A stretch of DNA of 62,792 nt, the filler included, from Octopus bimaculoides (lineage: Eukaryota), in NCBI RefSeq assembly GCF_001194135.2. It is 7 parts of 7 records of this genome, joined end to end, with 100 filler letters (N's around TTAATTAATTAA, not from the genome) between each part and the next. Parts side by side here need not be neighbours in the genome. Positions count along the whole stretch, not along the records: positions 1 to 24,958 come from NC_068987.1; 6 more parts are not named here. One strand, written 5' to 3'. Shown here one piece after another: positions 12,616-24,914 of the stretch. A model generated the notes under the pieces. That model saw nothing but the letters and a program-made list of their open reading frames with translations. It did not search any database and was not told the DNA's origin. The translations under genes and the position numbers were made by a program. Each line of letters begins with the position of its first letter. Within the stretch, counting starts at the first letter, position 1.

Positions 12616-13419
12616 TTATTTAAAATAACTCAGTTTTCTGTTACCATTGGAACATCATAGAAAGAATTTGTCACCAGAAATAAATTTTGGTGTGGAATAG
12701 ATAATTGAAGTAATTTTCTTCATTCCCTTGATATTCTTCCACACTGCAGCTAATGAAACTTTCACCATTTACTGCATGCTTCACATATTTACAAGGCTGA
12801 ACTATATCTGTTCATTGTATTTATTTTTAACTAAATAGTCATACTGTGACCTCTTCAGTGACTCTTTACTCCACATGTCAGCTCTTATTCTACTTAGTCC
12901 ATTTTGACTAAGCAGAACAAGAGGAGACATGTAGGATAAAGAGTCACTAAATAGCCATGATTATTGAGGATTAGGTATTTTGGCCCAGGATACAGTGCAG
13001 TGTTGGTAATGAGATACAAACTCAGGATCATTCAGCTTTTATTACCTCAACTATTTACCTTATTTATATTGTTTCTGTTATTGTGTCTCTCCCACATGAA
13101 ACGGAAAATGTTTTCAAAACTTAAAATGGATGTAATATATAGGAGATAAATATTCCCAAAGACAGAGTGTCTGTCTGATTCACATAGCATTTCCTGATTT
13201 TCTTGTACCTTTACCAACAGCTGCATAAATTTACAACCAAAGTCTTGCAGTGATTTGAACTCTAGCCATACGAGTGGTTAGTTTAGTACTATATCTGCCA
13301 TGCCATTTCACTTTTACTTCTTTGAAAATAACTGGTGTGTCTGTGTGGTTGAGAAGCTTACTTCCCAGGCCAACCAATGCTTTGCAAATTGATTTGGTAG
13401 ATGGAAACAGGATGAAGTC

Positions 13420-13453
<34 letters not shown>

Positions 13454-14467
13454 ATGCCTTTTTCTTGACATTACATGATGGATACAAACAAGCATACAAA
13501 TGAAGTTATTTGTTATACAAATGAAGTTATTTGTTTCCAGTCTTCTTTGAAATACATGTCTGGCTATTGAGATATATTACCTTGCTTGCCAGCAAGTGAA
13601 GGTTGGCAAAATGAAGAACATCCTGTCATAGAAAATTTGTCTCAATGAGTTCCATCTGACTCATGCAAGCATGGAAAAGTGGACATTAAATGATGATGAT
13701 GGTGGTGACAGTAGCAATGACATAATTGTCAAAATTTTTTTTCTGTCATGTACTACTAAATGTTAAGTTGAGATAATCTTAAGTACTGAGTCTAAAAGAA
13801 TTTTTTTAAAATAATAGTGTACAACTACAAACATACTTATTGAAGTTGTTTAAATTGATATGGGAACAGAACATGCCAAGAAAATTTAGGAAAACAAATT
13901 CTTTAGAATTAGCCTCATAATATACACTGGTCTGAGTGAAATTTTTTGAGGTAGACTAGCAGTTGCCTATACCTACAAATTTCTCTTTTATGTGCTACAA
14001 ATGTTTATCCATGGGAAAGGTTACTGACTTGGACCGATACAAGTTGACACCAGTGTCATTGCAGATGATGTCATCAGGATGCAAAGCACCAGAAAAGACA
14101 CTACAAAGCATCTTACCTGACCCTCTTACTGTTCCACCAATCAGCAACACTGGATTGGTACTTTTTATTCACCGACAAAAATGAGCTAGGTGCGATTTAA
14201 ACCCAGATCACAAAGAATTAGAACAAATTTCATGAGACATTCTACACAATGATCCAACAACTTGACAAATTCACCAAAGAAAGTACAGAAAGGCTGTTGG
14301 TCTGCCTTGATAAATTCCATCCGACTCATATGAGCATAGAAAAGTGGATGTTAAAACAATGATGATGCATCAGGAATACTTAATTCCTTATAGCTCACTT
14401 CAAATCTTCAAGTAGACGTTAAAACCTGGAGTTGTTCCCCAGTTGAATGTACGTAATTAAATTAGAT

Positions 14468-14695
14468 TTTACCCTTTATCATTCAGATTACTCTGTCAAA
14501 TGTAATGTTCATTTATTCACATTGTTTTCAATTAATTATGCGTTATCTCATGGCTTTGAAATTTTGATGATGTGATTGTTTATTTTTAGAACAATATTGT
14601 AGGGCATCAGTAAGAAGCCTGATCTGGTTGGTTTGAACATAAAACAGGTAAAATATTTAGGTTGGATATGGCCGGCTTAAATGCTAAAGGGTTAA
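14468..14695. mobile_element. piggyBac-like MITE (TTTA/TTAA targets, CCCTTT..AAAGGG ends) ending 35 nt before a WIPI exon
   Basis: Terminal inverted repeats ccctttatcatt / aatgctaaaggg followed by TTAA. Confidence 0.75.
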
Positions 14696-14730
14696 AATTA
14701 GATTTTATCAGTTAATTTTGTTCTTTACAG

Positions 14731-14838
14731 AATCCAGAATGTTTTACATTTATTGGTAGCATCACAAGATGGTTACCTGTATGTCTTTAACATCGATCCC
14801 AAAGAAGGGGGAGAGTGTGTACTGCTGCGCCAACATAG
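14731..14838 (+). CDS. WIPI2: WIPI1/2 exon, phase 2-2: [35 protein letters not shown](R)
   Basis: ttctttacAG acceptor and GTAAGT donor at 14839. Matches WIPI2 [36 protein letters not shown]. Confidence 0.97.
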
Positions 14839-15127
14839 GTAAGTATTTTGAATAACTATTGATATACAGGTCTATACTTTGAGAAGCTGTTTTCATAGCA
14901 TTTTAAGGAATGCTACTTTTGTTTTTGTTAGCAACATTGAACATAATTTGAGGTATTATTCAGAACATCTGTTATAAAAGAAAAAAAATTTTCTGTATTT
15001 AGATCCAAGCTCATTTAAAGCAAGTAACTTATATAAGATATTCTGATATGACAAGATTTTTCTTTGAGTAAGCCAGATTGTTTAAAAGCATATTGACTTC
15101 TCAAGATATATTTGAATCCAGGTTCAT

Positions 15128-15678
15128 TTAACCCTTTTGGTACCAACCCACCCGAGACTTTGTTTCTATAGTACAAGCTTCCTGTTTAGAAGTGATCTAG
15201 ATTAAAACATCCAGTCAGAAGTTTCATGCTAATTTATGTTCCAAATACCAGATGAATAATTATTTTAAAAATTAATTGAAATAAAAGTAATGTAGTTAAA
15301 CAAAAATATAACACAAAGGTTAAAGAAATCTAAATGGAAACCTTCCATCGAAATTTTATGTTCATGTATGTTCCAAACACCAGTTTAATAATGACAGTCA
15401 TTATTTTAAAAGTCAATTGAAACAAAGGCAATGTATTTCTACAGAAACACAGTAACAAAAGGGTTAATCCTTTTGATACTAACTCACCTCAGATTGCCCT
15501 TCGTTCTATGATACAAATTACCTGTTTTAAAGTGATTTAAATTAAAACCTCCCTTCAAAATTTCATGCTAATGCATGTTCTAAACAACAGCTTAATAATG
15601 ACTGTCATTTCACTTCATTCGTCATCAGTTGAAATTAAGACAGTGTATCTCAGCAGGAATATGGTAACTAAAGAGTTA
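15128..15678. mobile_element. Three tandem piggyBac-like MITE copies sharing TTAA junctions
   Basis: ttaaccctttt...aaaggttaa units, with an aaagggTTAAtccttt junction at about 15460-15470. Confidence 0.75.
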
Positions 15679-18479
15679 CAGCAAGAAACTTATATAAGAT
15701 ATTCTGATATGACAAAACAATGTTTAAAAGTATGCTGACTTCTCAAGATGAGTTTAATAATTATTTCCCTTCCTCATTGACTCATTCAGTTAATGAAGGT
15801 TTGATATTTGACTTAAACCCAAGTAACTGTGGAATGATTATTTCCTGAGCAGTATACTGAAATGTCCTCTTGTTTCTTTTTGTTAATAGCTGCTTCACTT
15901 TAGAAAGATTAAAAAATTTTCTTAGGTCTTCTGAGTAAACAATCATGTACATATGAAACATTTTTAGCAAGGAATCTATAGAAGTTGAGTGGTTTTGTGA
16001 ACATAGCAGTACACACCTCCTTATGTACTGACACTTAACATCTCTTCTCTGGCCCTTTTCTATTTTCCTTCACCTTCCCTCCAAAGATTCACCAGTGACC
16101 ATGCCTCCATCCATGTTCACCATTCACTCACAGCTTCCACCAATCCTAATCTCTAACTGTATACCATATGCCTTTCACTCTCGCCCACATTTACCCATCC
16201 ACCCTTCCCACCCCTCATTCCTTAATCTCTCTTATATTCACCTTTTTGTACTTTGGAAATATGCTCTAAGACTAACCTTATCACCAGCATCTTTTGACCC
16301 TTGCCACCTGTGGTAAGCATGCATCTTCTCTGTAGCAAGACACATATCCTGTCCCACTATCATACTTTAGCCTCTCAACACCTGTTACAAAGTCACCTCC
16401 TTCAACTGCCACTCAGTTGAAAGGGTTTCTCTTGAGAATTGCTTGGCAACCTTACTAGTACTGGTATTAGTAAAAAAAAAAACTACCCAGTGTACTCTGT
16501 AAAGTGGTTGGAATTAGGAAGGCTCTCTAGCCATAGAAACCATGCCAAAACAGACACTGACACTCAACAGATCCTCCAGCTCATTGGATCCTGTCAAACT
16601 GTCCAGCCCATGCCAGTATAGAAGACAGGTGCTAAATGTTGATAATGATGTTTAAAATATGTACAGGTATTGTTGTGGGTTTAATCTCACTGTGTGGAAT
16701 CTTTGGTAACTTATCCGCTATCTTTTCAACAACAACTTTGACTATCTTTTTGGATTCAGTGTCATTACCACTGATGGACATGTTTATACAGTCAAAAGGC
16801 AATGCAGTCTCTCTTGCGAAAAATCCCTGAATTAGGTTCAGTCACAGGGAACGAAGACCTTCAGTCTCATGGATGTAGTAACACAGGTTTAAGATACATG
16901 AAGCGATGCCCTATTACAGTCCATCCAACTCATGTTAGAGTGAAAAAGCAGACACTGAAATGAGGATGAGGAAGATAATGTTTCACTTGTTTCAGTCATT
17001 AGACTGTGGCCATGATTTGGATAGTTTAACAAAATCCAACATTTCAGAAGACATCATCATGCTTGAATGTCTGTCTTGGCATAGTTTCTATGGGTGGATA
17101 CCCTTCCTAATACTAACCACTTTACAGGATATACTGGGTGAATTTTTCATGGTGCTAACACTGGCGAGGTCACTGTGTAATTCAAAAGACAAAGATCCTT
17201 TTCAACTGGGTGGGACTGTAAGGAGAGAAACAAGTGGCTTCATGCAAGCAACAGCATTATTTCTATTTCTGAAATCTTACTGTTCTTCTTAACTTCTTTC
17301 AGAAGAATACCAGTCTTTTTCCCTTTGTTATTCTTATTGTATTTTCTGTCATACAAGTCAAAATTTACACCAAAAAAAGGTACCTGCAAAGAAAACTCCC
17401 TGGCAGAATGGTTATTTGGAAGAAAGAAGGTTTACCTATATGATGAGTATAGACTTAAAAAATTGATGTTTTCTTACTGAAAAATCTACCTCAACTTAGA
17501 TATGTCGACTTGTACATTGGGAAATACAAACATCTTCTTAACTCTTCAATCTGTCTTCTAACTTTTGCTTTCACTAAAATATTACTACTCTTCTTTATAT
17601 AAATCTCTATCTAATAATAGCTGATATAAATGTTGGTTGGTTGATTGATTGATTTCTCCAGTCATGCTTAATATCATATAGGAAGAGGGGAAGAGAGATA
17701 ATAAAAGAGACATACAAAAAGAGTTAATACAATAACTGCAGCATGTCTTATAACATTTTTCTATGAAATTTTGCAAAGATAGGTTTTTGATGAGGTAGAT
17801 TGCAATTATGTTGATAAAATTTTGTAAAACAATATATATTTATTGCAAATATACAAATGAGAATTTTTTAAAATTTTATTTTATTTTAGGGTATTAAATA
17901 TTTTTCTTAAAAAAAATTAATAGTCATTTCATCATTTTATATTAGCACCAAGAAATTTCATAAAAGTTAAATTATAATTATTGTATGTATGCAATATTTC
18001 CTGATATCAACCATGGTCATAAATTTATACTCCCAAAGTTACCCATAATATGACAAGTATCTAAAATATTGCATAAAATTTGAAAGTCTGCAATAAAGAA
18101 TCTAACAATTGGCATGAAGCCATACATTTGGGAGAAGATATAGAATTAACTAAATCAACACTAGTAATCGGCTTATATTTATTTTATCAACTTTGGGAAG
18201 ATGAAGGCAAAGTCAGATTAGCTGAGATTTGAACTCAGAACATAAAGAGTTGCAACTAAATGTGTGTGTGTGTGTGTGTTTATCTGTCTGTCTGTCTGTC
18301 TTCAATGTACTTGAAAACCAGTTGACCAATTATGTTCAAATTTGGTGTGAGAATTCCTTAGACTCAGAATTAGGTTTTGTGTAAATTTGGGTCCTGTCCT
18401 TGGACTATGGCTTGTGTACATTTTTGGCCCCATGAATAAAATTGAAAAAAATATGGAAAGACCTGAATTCCTCCATTTA

Positions 18480-19700
18480 AATGATTATGTGGAAAAGTAA
18501 CTCATGACAAACTAATGTTTGAAATGATCAGAGAAGCAAATTACAACATTGATGACTTGACAAAATATGTAAAGGAAAATAAAGGCAAACTTCTTCCCAA
18601 TTAAAGAGAAGCTTACAAAACAATTATTAACACCATTAGAAACTTGAAGGGTTGAATATTCTTCCTAGATGCATGAAGAGCAATTGGAAAGACATTTGTT
18701 ACAAAACCGCTTTTGGCAATATTTAGACAGTGAAGAAGAATACCATTGCAGTCGTGTCATTGGGCATTGCTGCAACCTTTCTTCCAAATGGTCATATGAC
18801 CCATTTAGTTTTCAAACATCCACTGGATATGTGGTCTAATGAAAGTCTTGTGTGCAATATCGCCAAGAATTCAGGTATAGCTGAAGTTCTGAGAAAATAT
18901 CAACTCATACTATGTGATGAATGACACATAAGAGAGCCTTTGTAGCTGTTGACAGATAATTGTGAGATATTCAAAGTAATGATTCTCCAATGGGAGGTGT
19001 GACAGTTTTTCTACCTGGTAATTTTAGACAAACTTCTCCAGTTATTCCAAAGGAACAAAATCAGTTCAAATTCATACATGCTTTAAATCCTCACAAATCT
19101 GGTGCTGGAGCTTGAAACAAATATGCGAGCATATTGTCATGGTGAAAGATTATCTGGACAGTTTCTCAAGACTTATTAATACTGGAAGAAGAAAGAATAC
19201 CTGTAGACAATGAAGGTGCAATAAATTCATCATCTATTTGTACAATGATGAAGTCAGAAAAAGAACTTATCAGCAAAGTCTTCCCAAATCTTAGTGCACA
19301 TTATAAGGATCACAAATGGCCGAGTGAAAGGATATTTCTAGCCCCAGAGAATGTAACAGTGAATGCAATAAACTTAGACCTAATATGCTTTCCTGGAAAG
19401 TGTCAATAATATAACTATATTTTCATTGTTGTTGATCAATCAGAAATAGTAAATTATCCAATTGAGTTTTTAAACACACTGGAACCACCAGGTTTACCTC
19501 TTCGTTAGCTTCACTTGAAACTTATAATGCTTTTAAGAAATTTAGATCCTCCAAATTGAGCAATGAAACAAGACTTATTGTGAGGAAAATGATGCTATAT
19601 GTTTTATAGAAGCTACTATATTCTCTGGTTGTGGAGCAGGTGATAATGTATTCATTTCAAGAATTCTCTTAATACTTACTGATTGACCAAATTTTACAAA
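18480..19700 (+). mobile_element. Helitron PIF1-like helicase pseudogene fragment
   Basis: IFFLDA*..IGKTFVTK (Walker A), VVSLGIAATFLPNGHMTHLVFK, LILCDE (Walker B), GNFRQT.PVIPKG and [23 protein letters not shown] motifs, with many stops. Confidence 0.9.
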
Positions 19701-19734
19701 GTTCATCAACAAATCTAAGGTATTCTTCGATGTT

Positions 19735-20745
19735 ATTATTATTATTATTCAGTAGTTTTATTTTTATAACGTGCTTTCACTTCACTACCGAGCGCAGCTC
19801 TGTGTGCCTTGGTTATGTGCTGTGGTTTGCTGTGATGCTCTTATGGTTACTGTATTGAAAGTGTTTTGCGTAGGATGTGTGCAGTGCCCAGTAGTGCAAT
19901 TTTCTGTATGTTATATATATATTTGTAAGTCCTGGTGTTTTTGTTATGTATTTGTCTGAATATTTTTTTATTATACCTAAGGCACCTACTATGATAGGAA
20001 TTGTTTCTGTTTTTAGATTCCACATTCGAGTTACCTCTATNNNNNNNNNNNNNNNNNNNNNNNNNNNNNNNNNNNNNNNNNNNNNNNNNNNNNNNNNNNN
20101 NNNNNNNNNNNNNNNNNNNNNNNNNNNNNNNNNNNNNNNNNNNNNNNNNNNNNNNNNNNNNNNNNNNNNNNNNNNNNNNNNNNNNNNNNNNNNNNNNNNN
20201 NNNNNNNNNNNNNNNNNNNNNNNNNNNNNNNNNNNNNNNNNNNNNNNNNNNNNNNNNNNNNNNNNNNNNNNNNNNNNNNNNNNNNNNNNNNNNNNNNNNN
20301 NNNNNNNNNNNNNNNNNNNNNNNNNNNNNNNNNNNNNNNNNNNNNNNNNNNNNNNNNNNNNNNNNNNNNNNNNNNNNNNNNNNNNNNNNNNNNNNNNNNN
20401 NNNNNNNNNNNNNNNNNNNNNGCTTCCAGTGTATGTAGGTCCCAGCTCTGTCGTGTCTGTAAATATATTCCTTCTTAGCCAGGACTGGGCAGCCAGAGAT
20501 AATATGATTTATTGTTTCTTGTCCATCGCCTCATATTCTGCAGTTACTTGTTATGTTTCTTTTCATTATATGTTTTTGGTAATTTCTGGTGGGGAGGCTT
20601 TGGTCTTGTGCAGCAATTAAAAATCCTTCAGTCTCTGCTTTGAGTCCTGAGCTTCTCAACCATTGCTGGGATTTTTCTGTCTATTTCTTTTGCATTTAGT
20701 TTAGCCCAGTATTTACCATGTAGGGGCTTTTCTTGCTATCGTTTT
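19735..20745 (-). mobile_element. 5'-truncated R4/Dong-like RLE non-LTR retrotransposon flanked by (TAA)n
   Basis: QEKPLHGKYW..WLRSSGLKAETEGFLIAAQDQSL..CRICGDGQETINHIISGC (CCHC knuckle), a gap, then MWNLKTETIPIIVGALG..KIALLGTAHILRKTL. TTA arrays lie on both sides. Confidence 0.85.
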
Positions 20746-20754
20746 ATTATTATC

Positions 20755-20785
<31 letters not shown>

Positions 20786-22002
20786 TCGCTGCCTGGAATT
20801 GAACTTCTTATGGTCTAATCATTCACATTTCATCTAAAATATTAGATTTTTTTTTATTAAGCACTTTTTTTTTTTCAACATTGATACTTTCCCAAAGCTT
20901 TTCAATTTAATATTATTGTTGTCATTGCTAAGGTAGTTAGTTGGTAGAATCATTCGTGCATCAGACAAAATGCTTGGCAATATTTCTTTTGAATATTTAC
21001 ATTCCAAGTTCAAATTGTTCAAATTGCACTGAGATCAACTTTGCCTTTCATCCTTTCAGGCTCATGAAATAAAGTACCTATCAAATATTAGTCCTCTCCC
21101 CTCAAATTGCTGGCCTTGTGTCAAAATTTGGAACCATTATTATTATTATTATTATTGTTATTGAAAGAATGTTTCAGTTTCACTAGCTTTGTTTAGTAAA
21201 TTCCCAACTAATTCTAACCAGCTGTGAGTAATTTTAGTAATTCAAGTTTCTTCTCACTCTTTTATGTACACACACACACATACACTAAATATCATCATCA
21301 TCATCATCTAATGTCTGTATTCCATGCTGACATGGGTTGGATGGATTGATAGTTCTGCAACAAGCTAAATTCTATGTCAAGCATCAGTGTCAGTTTTGAT
21401 TTGATTTATATGGTTGGATGCTATTCCTAACACCAACCATGTTACAGGGTGCACTGAGTATTTTATCATGGCACCAGCACAAGTGAGGTAACCAAGTAAC
21501 TTGCAAGACAAGAAAATAAAAGGAAAATCTCCTTTGACTCAGTATAATTGAGAGAATGGGATGTGGTTTTATGCCAGGTGTTGAGAGGCTAAAGCATGAG
21601 AAACAGATAGGCACAGATGTTTTGCTATAGAGGAGATGCATAACTGCCCTGCATTACATAAAGGTTGAGGGGGTAACTGGGAAGAAGATAAAGATGGTGG
21701 TGACAAGGTGCCAGAGCAACTTTCAAGATACAGAAAGGTGAGTGATGTTTATAATTATTTTTTTTAAAACCCTGAAATAATTAAAATAAAACATTCACAG
21801 AAAAAAAATTTTTTTTCTTTTAATAATTACCTTAAAATCTCTCCCGCATTTATTGATAAAAATAAGGCAACAAGGATACAATATAATAATATAAAATGCA
21901 TTGTATCTCAAGAAAGAATAAATCAGTTCTATATTTAAGAGATGAGGAATTATATACATTATTTACATTTGACGGATATTTGTCCTCATCTTGTTTGTTG
22001 TT

Positions 22003-22048
22003 AACACAACGTTTCGGCTGATACACCCTCCAGCCTTCATCAGGTGTC
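22003..22048 (-). ncRNA. Minimal type I hammerhead ribozyme, intact core
   Basis: Minus strand reads GACAC-CTGATGA-A-GGCTG-gagggtgtat-CAGCC-GAAACGT-T-GTGTT: stem I, stem II and the palindromic ACGT stem III typical of Penelope hammerheads. Confidence 0.85.
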
Positions 22049-22325
22049 TTGGAGAAATTTCAAACCGGGGTTCTTGTTCCTAAAGTATTTTTCGATGTTA
22101 TTATTATTCAGGTCACTGCCTGGAATAGAACTCGGAATCTTGGGGTTAGTAGCCCATGCTCTTAACCACGGGCATATGGTGTAGTGGTTAAGAGCGCAGG
22201 CTACTAAACCCAAGATTCCAAGTTCAATTTCAGGCAGTGACCTGAATAATAATAATAATAATAATAACAACAACATTGAAGAATACCTTAGGAATGAGAA
22301 CTCAGGTTGTTTGAAATTTCCCCAA

Positions 22326-22371
22326 GACACTTGATGAAGGCTGGAGGGTATATCAGCCGAAACGTTGTGTT
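22326..22371 (+). ncRNA. Minimal type I hammerhead ribozyme with a core C3U substitution (TTGATGA)
   Basis: GACAC-TTGATGA-A-GGCTG-gagggtatat-CAGCC-GAAACGT-T-GTGTT. Confidence 0.75.
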
Positions 22372-22787
22372 AACAACAAACAAGATGAGGATAAATATCC
22401 GTCAAATATCAATAATGTAAATAATGAAGAATAAATCAGTTTTAATGGTTGAACTCAAACTAGATGAAGCTATAAATAGTGCATCGAATATTGGGTTTAA
22501 AAACCCTTGGATGATAGAAGTTGAAGGTTGCCCAATATGCTACATGTTATTATCTATAGCTTTATCTACTTAGAGTTCCATCATTAAAAGATAATTTATT
22601 TCATATCTCTTGAAGTTTATAAATTCTTTTGACAAGTAAGAAAAAAATATTTGTACTAAATGTAATGTAGTCCTTCATGTCAAGTTCAGTTCATATGATG
22701 GGGATATAACTGATTAACAACAGTTGTTTTTTATTTTTCAGAAACTAATCGTGATTTGGAGAATAAGGAATTTTTGTTCTTTTGCAG

Positions 22788-22954
22788 ATTAACTGGTGTT
22801 GAGTGTGGAAGTTCATTGGCTGATGTCCAGTCAACTAGCAAAGACCAAAATCAGTCTAACCCACCAGTGAGCTATGCTGCCAGTGTACACAGGTCTGAGC
22901 AGCAAGCTCTGGTCACTGCTGATGCAACTTCTGTACTCTCCGGCACACCACCAG
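22788..22954 (+). CDS. WIPI2: WIPI1/2 C-terminal disordered-region exon, short form: LTGVECGSSLADVQSTSKDQNQSNPPVSYAASVHRSEQQALVTADATSVLSGTPP(G)
   Basis: ttcttttgcAG acceptor. Phase 2 continues QHR|LTG (human QHRLDG). Strong CAG|GTAAGC donor at 22955. Confidence 0.8.
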
Positions 22955-23172
22955 GTAAGCTCTTGACCCACCTTACAAAGTGTCCAGCCGACCAAGACTG
23001 GGTCTCTACTCCAACAACACAGTGGAGTGGAGCCACCGCTGCAGCTCACAAGCATAGCTATGCTGCAGTTCTGAAGAAAGAAGGTGGGCCACAGTGTCTA
23101 ACAGATGATGGCAATGGGGAGGAGGATGTTGGTATTGATATGTTATTGTGTGAGGCGGCAGGTACTGTATAA
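22955..23172 (+). CDS. WIPI2: In-frame extension of the WIPI exon, to an alternative donor at 23161/23162 or to a stop at 23170-23172
   Basis: The frame stays open for 72 more codons in a GC-richer stretch. A second donor CAG|GTACTG lies 207 nt downstream in the same phase (1). Confidence 0.5.
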
Positions 23173-24106
23173 AATATATTCCTTGTTCAAAAAGGCCATT
23201 CCTTTCACATTGTATCCCTTGTTATTTAGTTAATTTCATTTTTTAGACACTTTTATTTATTTATTTATTTGTATCCAATTTTGATGGTGGCGTGGTAGGC
23301 CCTTCACTGTTTGTGAATGATGTTGTACTCAATAATTAAGGTACCATACCTTCAAAGCTACAGTGACAAGGGTTAGTAAGTTAATCTTTGCATAGTTGTA
23401 ATCAAACACCTTTAAGTATCACTGCATGCCAGTTCACCTCATATCATCTATCAGCATTACACATCACTAGTTATTATGCATCTGCCATCATTGTTTCTTT
23501 GTTGTTGTTGTTGTTTAAGAAAAGCTTTAAAATGCTAGTTAAATCAAGAGCTTGTCAGATTAATATTTTAATGAGCACATAATGAAAAAGCTTTCAATAT
23601 AAAAATAAATAGAAAATGTCAAAGTGTTGGGAGCAACACCTTGATTTTTTTAGTATTTTTTATTTCTTAATTTTTTTTTTAGTAAATATATAGGATTATT
23701 CCAGATTTTTATTGCATGCTTCCCACAGCTTTTGTTATGTTAAAAGTTTCTTACTTTGGTACCTTTTCTTTTCTGTATGTTTTGTGTATTATAGACAATC
23801 AAAATATTGTATATGTGTTCCTCTGGTCAAAACTGATATCATCATCATCATCAATCCATCTGTCTATTATTATTGTTATTATAAAGGTGGCAAGCTGGTA
23901 GAACCATGAGCACACAGATAGACAAAATGCCACTAAGCATTTTGTCCATCTTTACATTCTGAGTTCAAATTCTGCCAAGGTCAACTTTGCCTTTCATTCT
24001 TTCAGGGTCAATAAAAATAAATACCAGTCGAATACTGGAACCAATGTAATTAACTTCCCCACTTCCCTCAGAAACTGCTAGACCTTTGCTAAAATTTAAA
24101 ATTGTG

Positions 24107-24410
24107 AGAGAGTAGTGCATGCCATCAAAGTGACATTGGGATTCAAATATATGAAGCTCATTATACTCATCATGACTACCCGTCTGATAAGGGTACACCG
24201 GGCACATGCATCACTACCATGTGTGCGTGACATGGTGATGTCATATCAAGATAAACAGCACATGACCTTGCAGGTGGGGACCAGTTAGAAGTTTTTCAGA
24301 TCCAGTAGCTCATCTTGCTCAAAAGATCCCTGGATAAGGGTTGTTTGAGGATGTTGAATGAAACACCCATGTTTCCAAAGGGAGTTTATTCAAACCCCCT
24401 CAAAATTTCT
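24107..24410 (-). mobile_element. SINE family C partial copy
   Basis: Reverse complement of 36630-36922. Confidence 0.75.
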
Positions 24411-24865
24411 CTCGATACATGGCTATGATAATCTTGCACTACTTCTGCTTGTGATTATTATTATTATTCTATTTTCTCACATAGTTTCAAAGTTTAGTTT
24501 TTCAACATTTTCTCTCAATACATTTCCACTATCTGCAATCAATCACAGTTATCTAATATAAATTTCTTAAAGTCACAGCTAGGTCAACTGATACCATTGT
24601 TAAAAGATAAAACACTTAATTTCACAAGTTGTCTTGCTTATTAAACTTTGTACTGCTTCATAATGATAGTTTACATACACTTGAAATCCTTTTGTCATGT
24701 GCATATGCACAACTGTCTGTAGGTAAGAGTTTTGCATCATAACCATGTTGTTACAGCTTTGATCTTACTAGATGGTACCTAGAGAAAACATCTATCATAT
24801 CCTCAAGTTGACCAATGCCTTGTGAGTGGAATTTGGCAGATAGGAACTATTCTAAAGACTGTTGT

Positions 24866-24914
<49 letters not shown>

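Larger units (their letters stand above)
21929..22426. mobile_element. Head-to-head palindrome of a tRNA-headed, hammerhead-bearing short retroelement; 15-bp TSD
   Basis: Arms 21929-22169 and 22184-22426 are reverse complements. AAGAATAAATCAGTT occurs at 21914-21928 and 22427-22441. The tRNA-like head with A/B boxes is at about 22170-22240. Confidence 0.9.

Noticed and set aside
16636-16830. ORF with a GPCR TM1-like GIFGNL segment
   Set aside because: It overlaps a decayed SINE A head, and there are no further TM segments or splice support.
22170-22240. tRNA-like sequence as a real tRNA gene
   Set aside because: No acceptor stem, and it is fused to a repeat body. It is a SINE head; the same applies to the other A/B-box hits.
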